A stretch of DNA of 64,000 nucleotides from a virus. Position 1 is the first letter of the stretch. Every line of letters starts with the position of its first letter. The position numbers and the translations under genes are program-made. Shown here in pieces: positions 28,551-41,300 of this stretch. The notes under the pieces were generated by a model. The model was not told the origin of the DNA, made no database searches, and saw nothing but the letters and a program-made list of their open reading frames with translations. Where the stretch lies: IMG/VR virus record IMGVR_UViG_3300030099_006533. One strand, given 5' to 3'.

Positions 28551-28559
28551 GTATTTAGT
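28551..28559 (+). promoter_or_regulatory. Putative late-promoter motif GTATTTAG
   Basis: (C/G)TATTTA recurs in short intergenic gaps before structural genes. Confidence 0.45.
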
Positions 28560-28573
28560 TTAGGAGAATAGCG

Positions 28574-28966
28574 ATGGGTTTTGATGCAACACTGCCTTTA
28601 ATTGCCGGCGGTCTAAATGGATTTTTATTAGTTGAAGGCATGGAAGAGGCTGTCAAGCAAGATTTTTTAATTTTGTTAATGACTGAGCCGGGCGAACGAA
28701 CAATGGATCCAGACTTTGGAGTGGGACTGAAGAAATACTTATTTCAAAATCTCACAAGGGATGTTTTTGGGCATATTGAAAACAGAATTAAAAGTCAAAC
28801 TCTCAGATACATGTCTTTTCTTACGATTGAAAACATATCGTTTGCTAGCGCACTGGATACTCCCGCTAACAGTATGCTATCAGATATTGAAGAAAACAAA
28901 CTTTCTATCTCAATAACATATTCATATGGTCATGGAATTGTAGATGAAATAACTGTTTCGCCGTAG
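28574..28966 (+). CDS. Baseplate wedge gp25/gpW-like protein
   Basis: LLMTEPGER.MDPDFGVGL..YLF. Confidence 0.9.
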   Translation: MGFDATLPLIAGGLNGFLLVEGMEEAVKQDFLILLMTEPGERTMDPDFGVGLKKYLFQNLTRDVFGHIENRIKSQTLRYMSFLTIENISFASALDTPANSMLSDIEENKLSISITYSYGHGIVDEITVSP

Positions 28967-28992
28967 TATTTATAAAACCAGAGCTATTTATC
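28966..28992 (+). promoter_or_regulatory. Tandem putative late-promoter motifs GTATTTATA / CTATTTATC
   Basis: Two copies (28966, 28984) in the 42-nt gap before the gp6-like gene. Confidence 0.5.
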
Positions 28993-29008
28993 AGTTGGAG
29001 ACTAACGA

Positions 29009-30817
29009 ATGTCTAAAAATAAGAGATATACACGCCGAATTAATTACACTAGTCGTGATTTCACTACAATTAAAGAAGATTTAGTTGAACAGGCGAAAGT
29101 CTATTATCCTGATACATACAAAGATTTTAATGATAGTTCCTTTGGTTCAATGTTGTTGGACACAGTAGCTTACGTTGGTGACCAATTATCTTTTTACTTA
29201 GATTATCAAGCTAACGAAAGCTTTCTTGACACCGCTATTGAATATCAAAACGTTGTACGTCATGCCAAGTCTCTTGGCTATCGTTGGAAAGGCGTGCCAT
29301 CGTCTACCGGAGCCGTCGCAATTTATATTGTTGTTCCTGCCTCTGCAACAGGAATGGGCGTAGACATGAATTATGTGCCAGTACTCAAGGCCGGCGCCCA
29401 ACTAAGATCATCACAAACAAAAGCCAGCTTTATTCTTGTAGAGGACATAGACTTCTCAGAACCCTTTAACGAGATTGTAGCCGCCCGCCGAAGCCAAAGT
29501 ACGGGCCAGCCAACACACTACGCTATCAAAGCTCATGGGAAGGTAATTTCAGGAGAACTTGTTCGCAGAACAGAAACGGTGGGCACATTTGAAAAGTTCT
29601 TGAAACTTCCAGTAGGTCCGCTTTCTATTGTCTCAGAAGTTCTTAGTGTAAGAGATGATGAAGGTCATGAGTACTATCAAGTAGAATATCTTTCTCAAGA
29701 TGTCATCTACAAAGACGTAGTGAACAAAGAAGCAAGAGCCTCGGGAGTTCCTTCAGTATTGAGGCCCTTCTCGGTACCCAGAAGGTATATCCTTGAATCT
29801 GATGTAGATACTCTTTATGTTCAATTTGGGCACGGGTCCGATTCAGAAGCTTCAGCGCCTTCTGTTGTTGAGCCACTAAACACTGCACTTGACAGATTTG
29901 GAAAAACTTATAATTCTGAAGTTTCGTTTGATCCATCTAATTTGTTGTCGACGGACAAGCTAGGAATCAGCCCCGCGAACACTAGCGTACATATTACCTA
30001 TAGAATCAATACTGCCGATACAGCTAACGCTGGTGTTGGAATGGTTGATAAAGTGACCTTTTCAAATTTTGTTTTTAAAGACGAAAGAATTCTGACACAA
30101 CAAAAAATTAAAGACGTACAGAACTCAATTGAGTGTTTTAATGAAGAGCCAATTGTTGGAGATATCACATTACCCACATCTGATGATATCAAGCGTCACG
30201 TTTACGATAACTACGCTACACAAAACAGGGCCGTAACTCAAAATGATTATATGTCTCTTGTGTATTCGATGGATCCAAAGTATGGGAAAATTAAGCGTTG
30301 TAATATTATGAGAGATCCTGACTCGCTCAAAAGAAACTTGAATTTGTACGTTTTAGCTGAGGATGAAAATGGCAAACTTTCGTACTGCAACGACGCACTA
30401 AAATCAAACTTAAAAATGTGGCTAAACCAATATAGAATGATTAATGATACAATTGATATTTTATCTGGCAAAATTGTGAACTTTAAAGTAGATTTTAGCG
30501 TCGTATCGCATCGCGATCATGACAAGCACGCAGTACTAAATCAATGCATTGTAGCGGTTAGTGACATGTTTAACCAACCTTTGGCCATGGGAGAACCGAT
30601 TTACATTTCAGATATCCAGAAACGTCTGAACGACCTTGATGGAGTCGTAGATGTTAAGAGTGTGAAAGTACAAATTGCTCGCGGCGGAGCTTACTCTGAC
30701 ACTTTTCTTGATCTTAATGAACACAAATCTGCAGACGGTAGATACATTAAGATTCCACTAAATTGCTCTGCAGAATTAAAGTATGCACAAAATGACATTA
30801 AGGGGACTGTTGCGTAA
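29009..30817 (+). CDS. Baseplate wedge gp6/gpJ-like protein
   Basis: INYTSRDF..IK, SFYLDYQANESFLDTA, FG.G, QNRAVT..DY. Confidence 0.9.
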   Translation: MSKNKRYTRRINYTSRDFTTIKEDLVEQAKVYYPDTYKDFNDSSFGSMLLDTVAYVGDQLSFYLDYQANESFLDTAIEYQNVVRHAKSLGYRWKGVPSSTGAVAIYIVVPASATGMGVDMNYVPVLKAGAQLRSSQTKASFILVEDIDFSEPFNEIVAARRSQSTGQPTHYAIKAHGKVISGELVRRTETVGTFEKFLKLPVGPLSIVSEVLSVRDDEGHEYYQVEYLSQDVIYKDVVNKEARASGVPSVLRPFSVPRRYILESDVDTLYVQFGHGSDSEASAPSVVEPLNTALDRFGKTYNSEVSFDPSNLLSTDKLGISPANTSVHITYRINTADTANAGVGMVDKVTFSNFVFKDERILTQQKIKDVQNSIECFNEEPIVGDITLPTSDDIKRHVYDNYATQNRAVTQNDYMSLVYSMDPKYGKIKRCNIMRDPDSLKRNLNLYVLAEDENGKLSYCNDALKSNLKMWLNQYRMINDTIDILSGKIVNFKVDFSVVSHRDHDKHAVLNQCIVAVSDMFNQPLAMGEPIYISDIQKRLNDLDGVVDVKSVKVQIARGGAYSDTFLDLNEHKSADGRYIKIPLNCSAELKYAQNDIKGTVA

Positions 30818-32346
30818 TGGCTATTAGAAGATACTGGGCTACTAAAGATAACACAATTACAAATGCCTATGAGACTAATTTGACGACTCGTGCAACTGGT
30901 TCTAACATGGGCGCAGCTGATATATTAGAAACGTTTAGAATCTATGGACAAAAAACATCCGGTACGGGTGAAGCAGCAAACGAGTCAATGCGCTTCCTAA
31001 TTCAGTTTCCTGTAACAGGAAGCGAAGTGTACGCTGAAGGCATGCGCTCAATAAAACAGGACAGAGTACTGGGCAAGATCCCCGCATCAGGTAGCGTAAA
31101 TTTTTATCTTAAGCTTTATAATGCCCCGCATTCTCAAACAACTCCAAGAAATCTAAAACTCGTTGCTGCAATTCTAAACCGAGACTGGGAAGAAGGCGAA
31201 GGTTTGGACATGGATAACTTTACCGACACAAACGACGGCCGCCCAGGCTCTGATTGGATTAGTGCTTCATATGGTACCACATGGACTACCCCTGGCGGCG
31301 ACTGGGACTATGACGATTCGTCAGGAGTTACAGCGTCTTTTGACCGAGGAGTTGAGGACATGGAAGTAAATGTAACCCCGCTTGTTGAAAAATGGATTGC
31401 GGGAACAAAAAATAACTATGGAGTTATTGTTCGACTAGATCCTCAGTTATCCGATACAAGCAACTTCCGGTCTTATTACACCAAGAAGTTTTGGGGCCGC
31501 ACCTCGGAACATTTTATTTATAGACCAGTCATCGAAGCCCGTTGGGATTCGGCGGTAAAAGATGATAGAGGCAATTTCTACTACAGTAGTTCTTTGGCAA
31601 CTGAAAGTGACAATTTAAATACATTGTATTTTTACAATTTTGTCCGCGGCCGCTTGCGTTCGATCCCTCTAGACGCTGACCAGCAAGTTGTGGTCGCATT
31701 GTACGAGGCCACTGGAGCCACCAATCCATTTTTGCTAGCCAAAGGCGGCAATGTAGCCGCAGCCGGTAATGTGTATGCAACGGCTAGTCAAACTTCAACA
31801 ACTGGCATTTACTCTGTTTCGCTTTCAATGACAGGCTCAACGACCGCGCATTCTACCATCAAGGATGTATGGCATATTGAAGACACTACTAGCGAAACAA
31901 CAACACAATTTTTTACTGGCTCAATCATCCCCCGATCAGCCGACTCTTCAATTATGAGTAATAACATAAATTATGTACTTGCTGTGCCAAATCTTAAAAA
32001 GAAATATCATCGCACAGATGAAGACAGGATCCGCCTGTATGCTCGTGAAAAAGATTGGAGCCCAACTATTTATACAAGGGCAAACAATACTATTGAAAAC
32101 ACAATTATTCATAGCGCATCGTACCGTATCACAAGGGACGCGGATGACTTTGAAATCATTCCATTTGGAACAGGCTCTGACATGCACACGCTAATGTCAC
32201 ATGATGTATCTGGAAACTATTGCGACATCGATTTCAGAATGTTAGAAGCAGGCTTCTCATATACTCTAGATTTTAGTTTCTATGATCAAGCGATATCAGC
32301 CTGGGTAGTCCAGCCAAATAAGTTTAGGTTTAGAATTGAAGAATAG
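30817..32346 (+). CDS. Virion protein with DNRLRE-like beta-sandwich domain
   Basis: ATKDNTI, DWEEG.G, WTTPGGD, VT.LV..WI.G...NYG. Confidence 0.55.
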   Translation: MAIRRYWATKDNTITNAYETNLTTRATGSNMGAADILETFRIYGQKTSGTGEAANESMRFLIQFPVTGSEVYAEGMRSIKQDRVLGKIPASGSVNFYLKLYNAPHSQTTPRNLKLVAAILNRDWEEGEGLDMDNFTDTNDGRPGSDWISASYGTTWTTPGGDWDYDDSSGVTASFDRGVEDMEVNVTPLVEKWIAGTKNNYGVIVRLDPQLSDTSNFRSYYTKKFWGRTSEHFIYRPVIEARWDSAVKDDRGNFYYSSSLATESDNLNTLYFYNFVRGRLRSIPLDADQQVVVALYEATGATNPFLLAKGGNVAAAGNVYATASQTSTTGIYSVSLSMTGSTTAHSTIKDVWHIEDTTSETTTQFFTGSIIPRSADSSIMSNNINYVLAVPNLKKKYHRTDEDRIRLYAREKDWSPTIYTRANNTIENTIIHSASYRITRDADDFEIIPFGTGSDMHTLMSHDVSGNYCDIDFRMLEAGFSYTLDFSFYDQAISAWVVQPNKFRFRIEE

Positions 32347-32357
32347 AGAGTAGTTTT

Positions 32358-35300
32358 ATGGGAATCAAAGATTTATTTGAGAAGCCACAACAAATACTAA
32401 CATCAGAAGATGCAGAGAATATCACCAAAGATAAGGTGGAATCTATTGAGTATCTGGATGCAGCCCTCCGCGACAAAGAGAGATTCGAACCGTTTATCAA
32501 CTATGAGTCCGCTTCTAACTTTGCATATTTTGGCTCCGCTGAAAAGTATTACGATGATGCTATTAAAGCAATTTATCGTGAGTATCCGTATGATGGCTCT
32601 GACCACGAGATCAAAGAATACACTCTTCGTTTAAATTATCTAACAAAGCACGTTTTAGACAATCAGTATCCTCGTACAAACGGGTATGTCACCCTTGGTA
32701 AATCTGCAACTTACACAGGTGCAATCTCTGGCTCTTATGGCCCAGTAAGTTCAAACGAGTATATTCAAGTTTTTGGTGGCCCACAAACTGGAAGCCATAT
32801 TCAATATGATATTTTATCATCAACGGGTCAGCCGATACATAGCGTCTTTGATTATGCCAACAAACTACAGACAGACCCCTATGCGTTAACTGGCTTGAAT
32901 CAAGGAACAAATCCTGGCTCACGGCTATCAAACTTAAGACTGTCTCCTACCAACGGTGTAACAGTTGAATTTTGGTTGAACAAAGCTGCTTCTAACGCTA
33001 GCAATACCAAGCGCGAGGTTGTGTTCGATCTTTGGAATGGAAAGTCTCAAGATGATGATTCATACGGCCGCCTGCTCATTGAGCTAACATCCTCAGCCAC
33101 AGACCCAGTTCGCGTAACGCTAATTTCCGGCTCCACCTCAGTATCAGACTTGGCAGTTGCCCCGGCTGGCTGGGCATCATCTAATGTTGTAGGAAATGGC
33201 TGGAATCATTATGCACTAAGTTTAGAGTCTTCTGGTACTACAACCACGTTCAGATTCTATCAGAATGGCGACTTATTACGCACACAAGATCAAACGACTG
33301 CTGACGCTTTAACAGAGGTTACCGGCGGCTTACGAGCCAACCTAGGCGCTCTACAGACGGGAACTACCCTCGGTGGTAACTTGGGTTATGGTCTGCTAAG
33401 TGGCTCTCTTGACGAGTTTAGGTACTGGACTACCAAAAGAACATCTGAACAAATCGGCCGCAATTGGTTTACCCAAGTTCGCGGCGGCACCAATAATGAG
33501 CCATACAATACTGGCCTAGGCGTCTATTTTAAATTTAACGAAGGCATCGTAGAAGATGACGACACTGACAAACGCATCCTTGACTACTCAGGTCGCATTT
33601 CAAATGGTACTTGGGTTGGGTACCCCGGAAGTACTTCAAGAAACACCGGCTCAGCGATTGTGGAATCTTTAGCGGCTCCTAGTGAGTATAAAGATCCTAT
33701 TATTTACAAGGATCACCCGACTGTTGTTTCGCTAACAACAGAGTTAAAAGCCTCCGGCTCAGCATGGGATGATAACAACAATGCTTACTTCTTAAATTCT
33801 ATTCCCGAGTTTATTAGGGAAATGGATGAAACTAGCCCTGGTGACGGCTCGCTAACAAACGTCACGCAGTTAATGGGAAGCTATTTTGATACAATTCACC
33901 ATCTTATTGGCGCCCTTCCAAAGCTCCGCGCAACTTCGTATCTAACGGCCTCAGCAAAGCCATACCCATTCGCCACTCACCTACTAGAAAGTGTTGGCAT
34001 GAACGCGCCTCACATGTTTGTACAGGCAAATGTTCTAGAATCCATTTCTGCGAGAGATGAAGATAGGAACTATACTAGGGACATTACTGAAGTTAAAAAC
34101 CTTATTTACCAAAACATCTACAACAACTTGACATACATTTACAAGTCGAAGGGTACTGAAAAATCAATCAGAAACATTATTAGATGTTTTGGCGTAGACG
34201 AAGAGTTGGTCAGACTAAACCTGTACTCCACAAACACAACGTACGAACTAAAGCAAAACACCAGAACAAAGAGTACACGCCGAAAGTTTGTTACCTTCAA
34301 CGATCCCGATAAGTTTGATACAAACGTATACCAGTTTGCAGACCCTAACAATGCTAATTCTGTAGGCTACATTACTGGTTCTGGTGTAACGACAGTGACG
34401 GCAAGTCTAGGCCACGAAGAACTGCTTGGAATGACAGCAGAAGCAGACTTTATTTTCCCAGAAAAGCTAACAATTAAGGATGTTGGCTACTTTCCAACGC
34501 CTTTTACTAAGTCTTCGCTGTTTGGAATGCATTCCGCCAATGGTGATTCTCTAACAGTACCATCCCCGGATTACTCTAACTTCCAAGTTTTGGCCATTCG
34601 CCCTTCTGAGGAGTCGCAACACGTCTACTTTATGTTGACCTCTTCAGCCGGAATGCTGCCTGAATTGACTTCGTCTATTTACTTAGAAACGTATTCTAAC
34701 AAGCGCTGGAGTTTGTCTGTAAGGGTTGCGCCGACAATTCCAGTCACTAACATCACGACAGGCTCCAATATTAGCCCAACCTATGATGTACATTTTTATG
34801 GTGTGAATATTGAGGGTGGAATTGTAGAAAACGAGTTTCATGTTAGCGGAACAGTAGAGGGCCATGTCGGCCGAAACTTCCTTCGTTCTAGCAAGCGTCT
34901 ATATGTTGGAGCGGATAGACAAAATTATACAGGCACAACCATAACAAACTCAGACGTAAAAGCATCGTCAGTTAAATACTGGGCTTCGTTTTTAGAGAAT
35001 GAGGACTTGATTTCTCATGCTAAAGATCCCGAAAACTACGGTATTACTGACCCTTATAAGAGTTTGAACCTTTATACTAAGGAGATGGGCGGAATCTACG
35101 TCCCTAAGATCGATACTCTTGCCCTAAATTGGACGTTTGATAATGTGGTTTCAGCCAGTTCTGATCCAGCAGATCCATCAACTAGTGACTCATTCTTTTT
35201 TGTTGATGATTATTCCTCTGGCTCCTCCGACATTGTAAGCGAAAACAGATATGGTTGGTTAACCCCTATTATTATGAATCAGCACAGTGGTAAGGGAGAC

Positions 35301-38300
35301 AGCTTTTTGCCTCCTGAATCTGGAGACGTCCCGCCGATAGACGTTGAATATATCTCAACAGCCCGACAAACCGGCCCAGAAGTGCTAAATACAAGCGATG
35401 CGGTTCAGATTTTAACTCAAGACGACGACAAGTTTACGAGAGAACACAGTATCATTCAGCATTATTATGCGATTGAAAAGAGTATGTATCAGACAATCTC
35501 TGAAGAAATGCTTAATATGTTTGCATCTGTTGTTGATTTTAATAACCTGATCGGAGATCCGGTCAATAGATATCGTCAAGAATACAAAGACTTGGGTAAG
35601 CTAAGACAGCTTTTCTATGAAAGAATTGGAAATACTCCTGATTTAGACCGCTATATCGAGTTCTATAAATGGATTGACTCGGCAGTCACAACTGTGATTC
35701 AACAGCTTATTCCTGCCTCGGCCGAGGTATCAGAAGAGTTGCACAATATGGTCGAATCCCATGTGTTGGAGCGCAACAAGTACTGGACTAAGTTCCCAAC
35801 AATTGAGTTTAAGCAGAGCGATCCAGAAGCTGGCTTGCGTGGCGTTACAGAGCTTACATACGATTGGAAACATGGCCACCATCCTGTTGTTGGAGATCAA
35901 TCTGATAACGCTGTATATTGGAAAGAACGTGCCGAACGTACTGGCGCGGGCAACCTGCCCTTAGAAGGAGACGCTTCAGAAGAGGTAAACTCCGATAAAG
36001 AAGAGATTCGTAAGGCCCTAGTTACACACCGAAGCCCAGATCAAAACTCACTGGCAAAACCAGACGGCACAACATATTCTGGCCGCACATACGCGCTCAG
36101 AAGGTTTACTAAACCATACAGGTTCCAAATAGATGAAGTGCCTGAATACCGCTCTGGCACTAATTTGGCTCGTAACAATCGCGCTGACGTAGCAAAAGCC
36201 GCTCTTGAAGTCGGCGGCCCATCAACGGTCTCATCTTCTTTTGTTTTGTTGGGCAACAACATGCCTGATATTCCAACAAATGTTATCGTTGTAGATGGCA
36301 GAGAGATTAAAGAATTCAAAGATGTTAACGATAATGATGCTCTTAATACTAAAAAGATTTACAAGGGCGAAGCGATCTACGGTAAAGCACAAACATACGA
36401 CCAATTGTATGATAACACATATGCAGTAACTACGATTGCCAAGGCTGTTCCCGCCCGTATTCTTTCAAGTTCTGTCGACAGCGGATTCAACGCTGAATGG
36501 ATCGGAACTGAAGGCCTGGGTTCTACAAGGGGTGGCTTCTTGACCGGCTCTACGATTACAAACATTCATCATGATACCTATGGCCGTGATCAAGAGGCGC
36601 CACTTCAAGGGCCATTCACTAACAAGTATGTCGGTGGTAAGCAGTCTCGACACGTCAGGCTGAACCCGGGTACTGACAGCTTTGCAAACCGACCTGAAGA
36701 GTGGAGAATCTTGATTGGTAAAGCGGGCAACCCTACGCCTCTCACTGGCGCATTTGGTTTTGTAGCACAAGACTATCCTTTCCCTGACATTGGCCGCGAT
36801 CCTGTCGCTGCTACTGGAGTGGTTGCTTTTGCTAATTCCCCTGCGCCCGCCGATGGAGACACTATTACAATTAGTGACGGTGTTAACGCTACAATTTTTG
36901 AATTTGATACAAACGGAAGCGTCACAGCAGGACGAACAGCTGTCGATATTTCAAGCGCCAGCAATGCCGATCAACGCGCCATAGCTCTGCGAGATGCCGT
37001 AAACTCGGTATCAGGCTTGTATGTAAACGCCAGCACCGATGGTGTAAATGTAAACCTTGAAAACACAAGATATGGTGCCCCTGGCTCTATTGGTAATGCA
37101 ATCCTAGGAACAGTAGGTAATGTGGCCATTACAACTTCACTTACCGGTGTTCCGCTAACAGTTACTGGCATGTCTGGTGGTAAAGATCCGATCATCCTAA
37201 ACTACCATGCACCAAAAGCAACAAGGTACAGAGAAGAACTTGTTAAGCGCCCGGTCAACATTAAGAATATTCTACAGACGACTGCTTCGGTTGACACAGT
37301 TATTTCAGACGCTCGCGATCATGGCCCAATTGGAAACTACAGACGCAACTACGAAATTGTTCAAACCTCTCCAAGATCTGTAAACAACTTGTATTTGAGA
37401 GAGCCCGATCAAGCAGTACTAACCAAGTCAGAAATTGACATGATTCGCCCACGTAAGCCAATGATGGATGAAGGCCGCGAATGGGTTCGTGATTACGATA
37501 CATCAGGTATACAGGATGCAACTCTTCCAACTCGTACAACTAACGAAACAGTAATCGTTACTAGGTTCAGCGCCCCCGGTGGCTTTGAATCTATTTCACG
37601 CGGCTATTTGGATCCTGCTCACGAAGAAATGTCCCCAAATGACGTCATCACTTTTAGAAACAGGCTTGTTCGTGGAGAACACCAATACATTGCAACATCT
37701 GCTTCAATTGCCACATCAAGCCTGATGACAAATGCCGAGTTTTCTGGTACGCTGTTCCAAACCGGCGCCGTTGGCAGTATTTACCGTGTTAGTGATATTC
37801 ATGGTGAACCATGGGGCCTTCGTACTCACTTGACACGCTGGACAAGCCGCTTTGGCCGCGACTCGGCACGACATTACGACATTGATAGTTTTTCAATTCA
37901 GCCAGGCCAGCTTCTAGAGGAACATCCTGGGTTTCACAAGGTACACAGAAATCGCACCCGACAAAATAGTTTTATAACTGATAGAACAGAGACAGTGACG
38001 ACTACCACAACAGGTGTTCGTAGTGCCACCGGAATTACATTCCGACCTGGGTCAGCAGGCACCAGTGGTGATACGTTTAAATTGCAAAACCCCAACATAA
38101 GCAATATGGGTACTACAAAATTTACAGTTGCAACGTGGGTTACCTTTAATCAAGAGCAACCCAATGAAGCCGCACTGTTCTCGCTAGGCGATACTCATCA
38201 GAAGTCAATAGCTTCTAATAGGCCTGTTTTTCTTGTAACGGTTGATGCCAATGAAAAAATCAATCTTAAAGTATTCAATAATACCACAACAAAGCATAAG

Positions 38301-41300
38301 CACTGGCAAACGGCGCCGAATGCAATTACAGCTTCTCAATTACACAATATTATTGTAAGTTATGATGGTACAGATGCGAGCAATGTTCCACTACTTTATG
38401 TCGATAACCATGAACAAACTCTGTCTACATCTCATGTCAGCCCCGCAGCCACGATGAATCAAATTTCTAACGGTAGTTATATAAATGTTGGCGCCGGAAA
38501 CGTAGGAGGAACATGGGGAACTATTAAAGACACAACAATCCATGAAATGGCTATGTGGAAAGAAGCTCTTGGTTCCGTTGAATTTAGGCAAATTTATGCA
38601 AGAGGACAGATGCCAAACCTTACAGAATCAAATGGAGCACACCCGTTAGATGGCACTACATTTAGTTCAAAGGTTACAGACCATCTTGTATCATGGTGGC
38701 GCATGGGCGATCACACGTCGGATCCGGCTAACGACGCCGCGCTACACGTTTCTGGTGCGTTAGTAAAAGACGTACTGGCAAACAACCACCTTGGCTCAAT
38801 GGGCTCTGTAACCGAGATTACGCGGTCAACATACGCCTCAGTTAATATCGCTGCAGCTTCAAACGCGGTGTATACTTATGGTGATAATTACCAGTTTCAT
38901 GATGAGAGCAAGTACGACAACTACTATATTCAGCATACTCTTCCAAGAAACCACACAAATTATTCATGGATTCGCAAATCTGTAGCGCCAAGTTATTATT
39001 CGAAAGGCTTCCCAACTGCCTCAAACTCAATTCCGTTTATTACGGCAAGCGATTATCACTCTGTGCTTGAGCCGGAAGGCCACGGCGAACGTGAGTTTGG
39101 TGTAGCAAAAGATGGAGTTAGCAGCAGACTAGCGGCAAGAGACCAGGGTTCAATTTTATTTACAGACTTTGCGGGAATGAACAGCCATGTGGTAGAGCCG
39201 TCCGACGCGGCAGACAATGTATTAGGCCACGCTGCAGGCACCGACTTGGCCCCAAGCAACCCTGGGACTGAGTACGAAACATCAACTTATATAAATAGCA
39301 CGTTCTTATCGAAGCCGCTCGACAATACTCCAACAACCAGCAGCGCGCCATTGGTGTTCAACGCTCTGATTCTTCACAGACAAGGTCCTTATGGTTGGCC
39401 CACATGGAAGCAGATTCGCGGCGCCACCCACCCACTCGTAAGATACCAATCGCGACGTACAAATAGCTGGACTTACATTCGACCAGATGCTCCTGAGCTT
39501 GCGATCAGTTCTTCTACTGGATTGCGAACAATTAGGCCACGACATGGTTTACTCCACCGTGTTAATCGTGTTACGCCACTAACTACAAAGTTCTTCCCAT
39601 TGCGATCAAGTGTCTCTGTTTCAACTCCAATTAATAATAAGTTTGGTAAGACAATCGTTCGCTCGCTACCTGTTGATATTTTAACTCCTTTTGGTAACGA
39701 AATGAACTACTTCAACATTAAGAAGATTGATAAAGATTTCAATCTCTTCAAGACGACGCCAGCCGTATACGAAGAAGTTAAAGGTATGTACACCCGGGGC
39801 GCCCTAGAGACGTCAATTTCTCCTGTAACTGAGATTAAAAAGTTTGAATATTCTGAGATTATTTACCCATCTGAAGAAAACATGTACTTGAACGAGGTAC
39901 GTCAAAAAGCTGATTATCAAAATAATTTCTGGATTGGTGGACAGCAAAATCGACTTGACAGAGCTGGGCCAACGATTCATGGTAGAACAACATACGGAAA
40001 GCTAGCTCAATGGGCTTCTGATGAGTCTGCTGCTAGTATTTGGCCATTAGACACCTCTACGGGCTCAATGAACAATCTTGTCGATGATAGTAAATCTATT
40101 ACTAATCAGAGATTCTATCTTCGTTGGGGTCATGTTGATGAGCAGAGTCGACTTTTCGGAGCAGGCGAAGGTGAGCTTGTTAATAGATGGAGCTATCCGC
40201 TAAAGTGGTCAGGAGGCAAGTTTACACATTCTAGTGGATCTGTCTCTGCGAGTACCGCTCGTCTACAGCCCGAAGCGGGGCCACAATATGCTATGCCACA
40301 AATGCTTCATGCAACTTCATCAATTAGTTCCCCAACACAGCCGCCACTTGTAACATCATCTGGTTCTCGCGGCCAAGAAATTTTAGGTATTAGAGTAACA
40401 GAAGATCCTAATCTATATCCTGATGGCCCACACTTCTCAGATGCTAATACCGCTAATCCGTCTACTCCGCTTCCGCTCAGCGATGAACGTAACTGGCTTG
40501 GATATATTCCTATCTTTGCAACGCAAACAGCCTGGGATGCACCAACGCTAGCAGGAAAGGTTGAAGAGCGAAACTTACTTAACACAACAAGAGCACTCGC
40601 CGCAAATGTACAAACAGTTAAATTTGTTTCACAATCATCTACTCCGTGGCAAAGTGATTATGATGAATTTAAGAAAGACGTAAGGACAAAAGCAAAAGAT
40701 TATACAGTTGTTCCTGAATTTAGAATTGAAGACCACTTAAAAGATTACATCCTTAATAAAGGAAGCGACTTCTTGGCGGAACAGAACTCACTCTTTAGAA
40801 TGGTCGGTATGCCGTCAGGCTCAGACGCTCAAGCCGCGAACAGCGCCGAACAAAACTTCTTTAAGGTTTACGGTACAACTGATTTCTTGAAGCATTTTGA
40901 GGTCTTAAAAAATGATCTCGAAGAGCACTACGAGCCGTCAGCATTAACACTGCAGTGCAACGCATATTTGAAATTTAATCCATACGATGGGTTTTATCCT
41001 GCAACGCGAACACTACAACTTGCCGCGGCCCTTTCCGCTTCATACGGGCAGCACATTAAGTATTCAGGCCCAGGTCTACTAGATCCAAATGGGGACCGAA
41101 GCACCAACTTCGATGAGCCAATTTATGGTGAAACTGCTGGAGTAAATACGGATCTTGCATTTAGAAACTTTATCACGCCACTGTTCGCTCCGGGTATCAT
41201 GTTTAATACAATCAAGTCTGGTATTGCGTGTGACTGGCCAGTAATGCTAACCGGCTCAAAGATTTATAAAGTAAGATGCGGAGCCTCGGATTACTGGGGC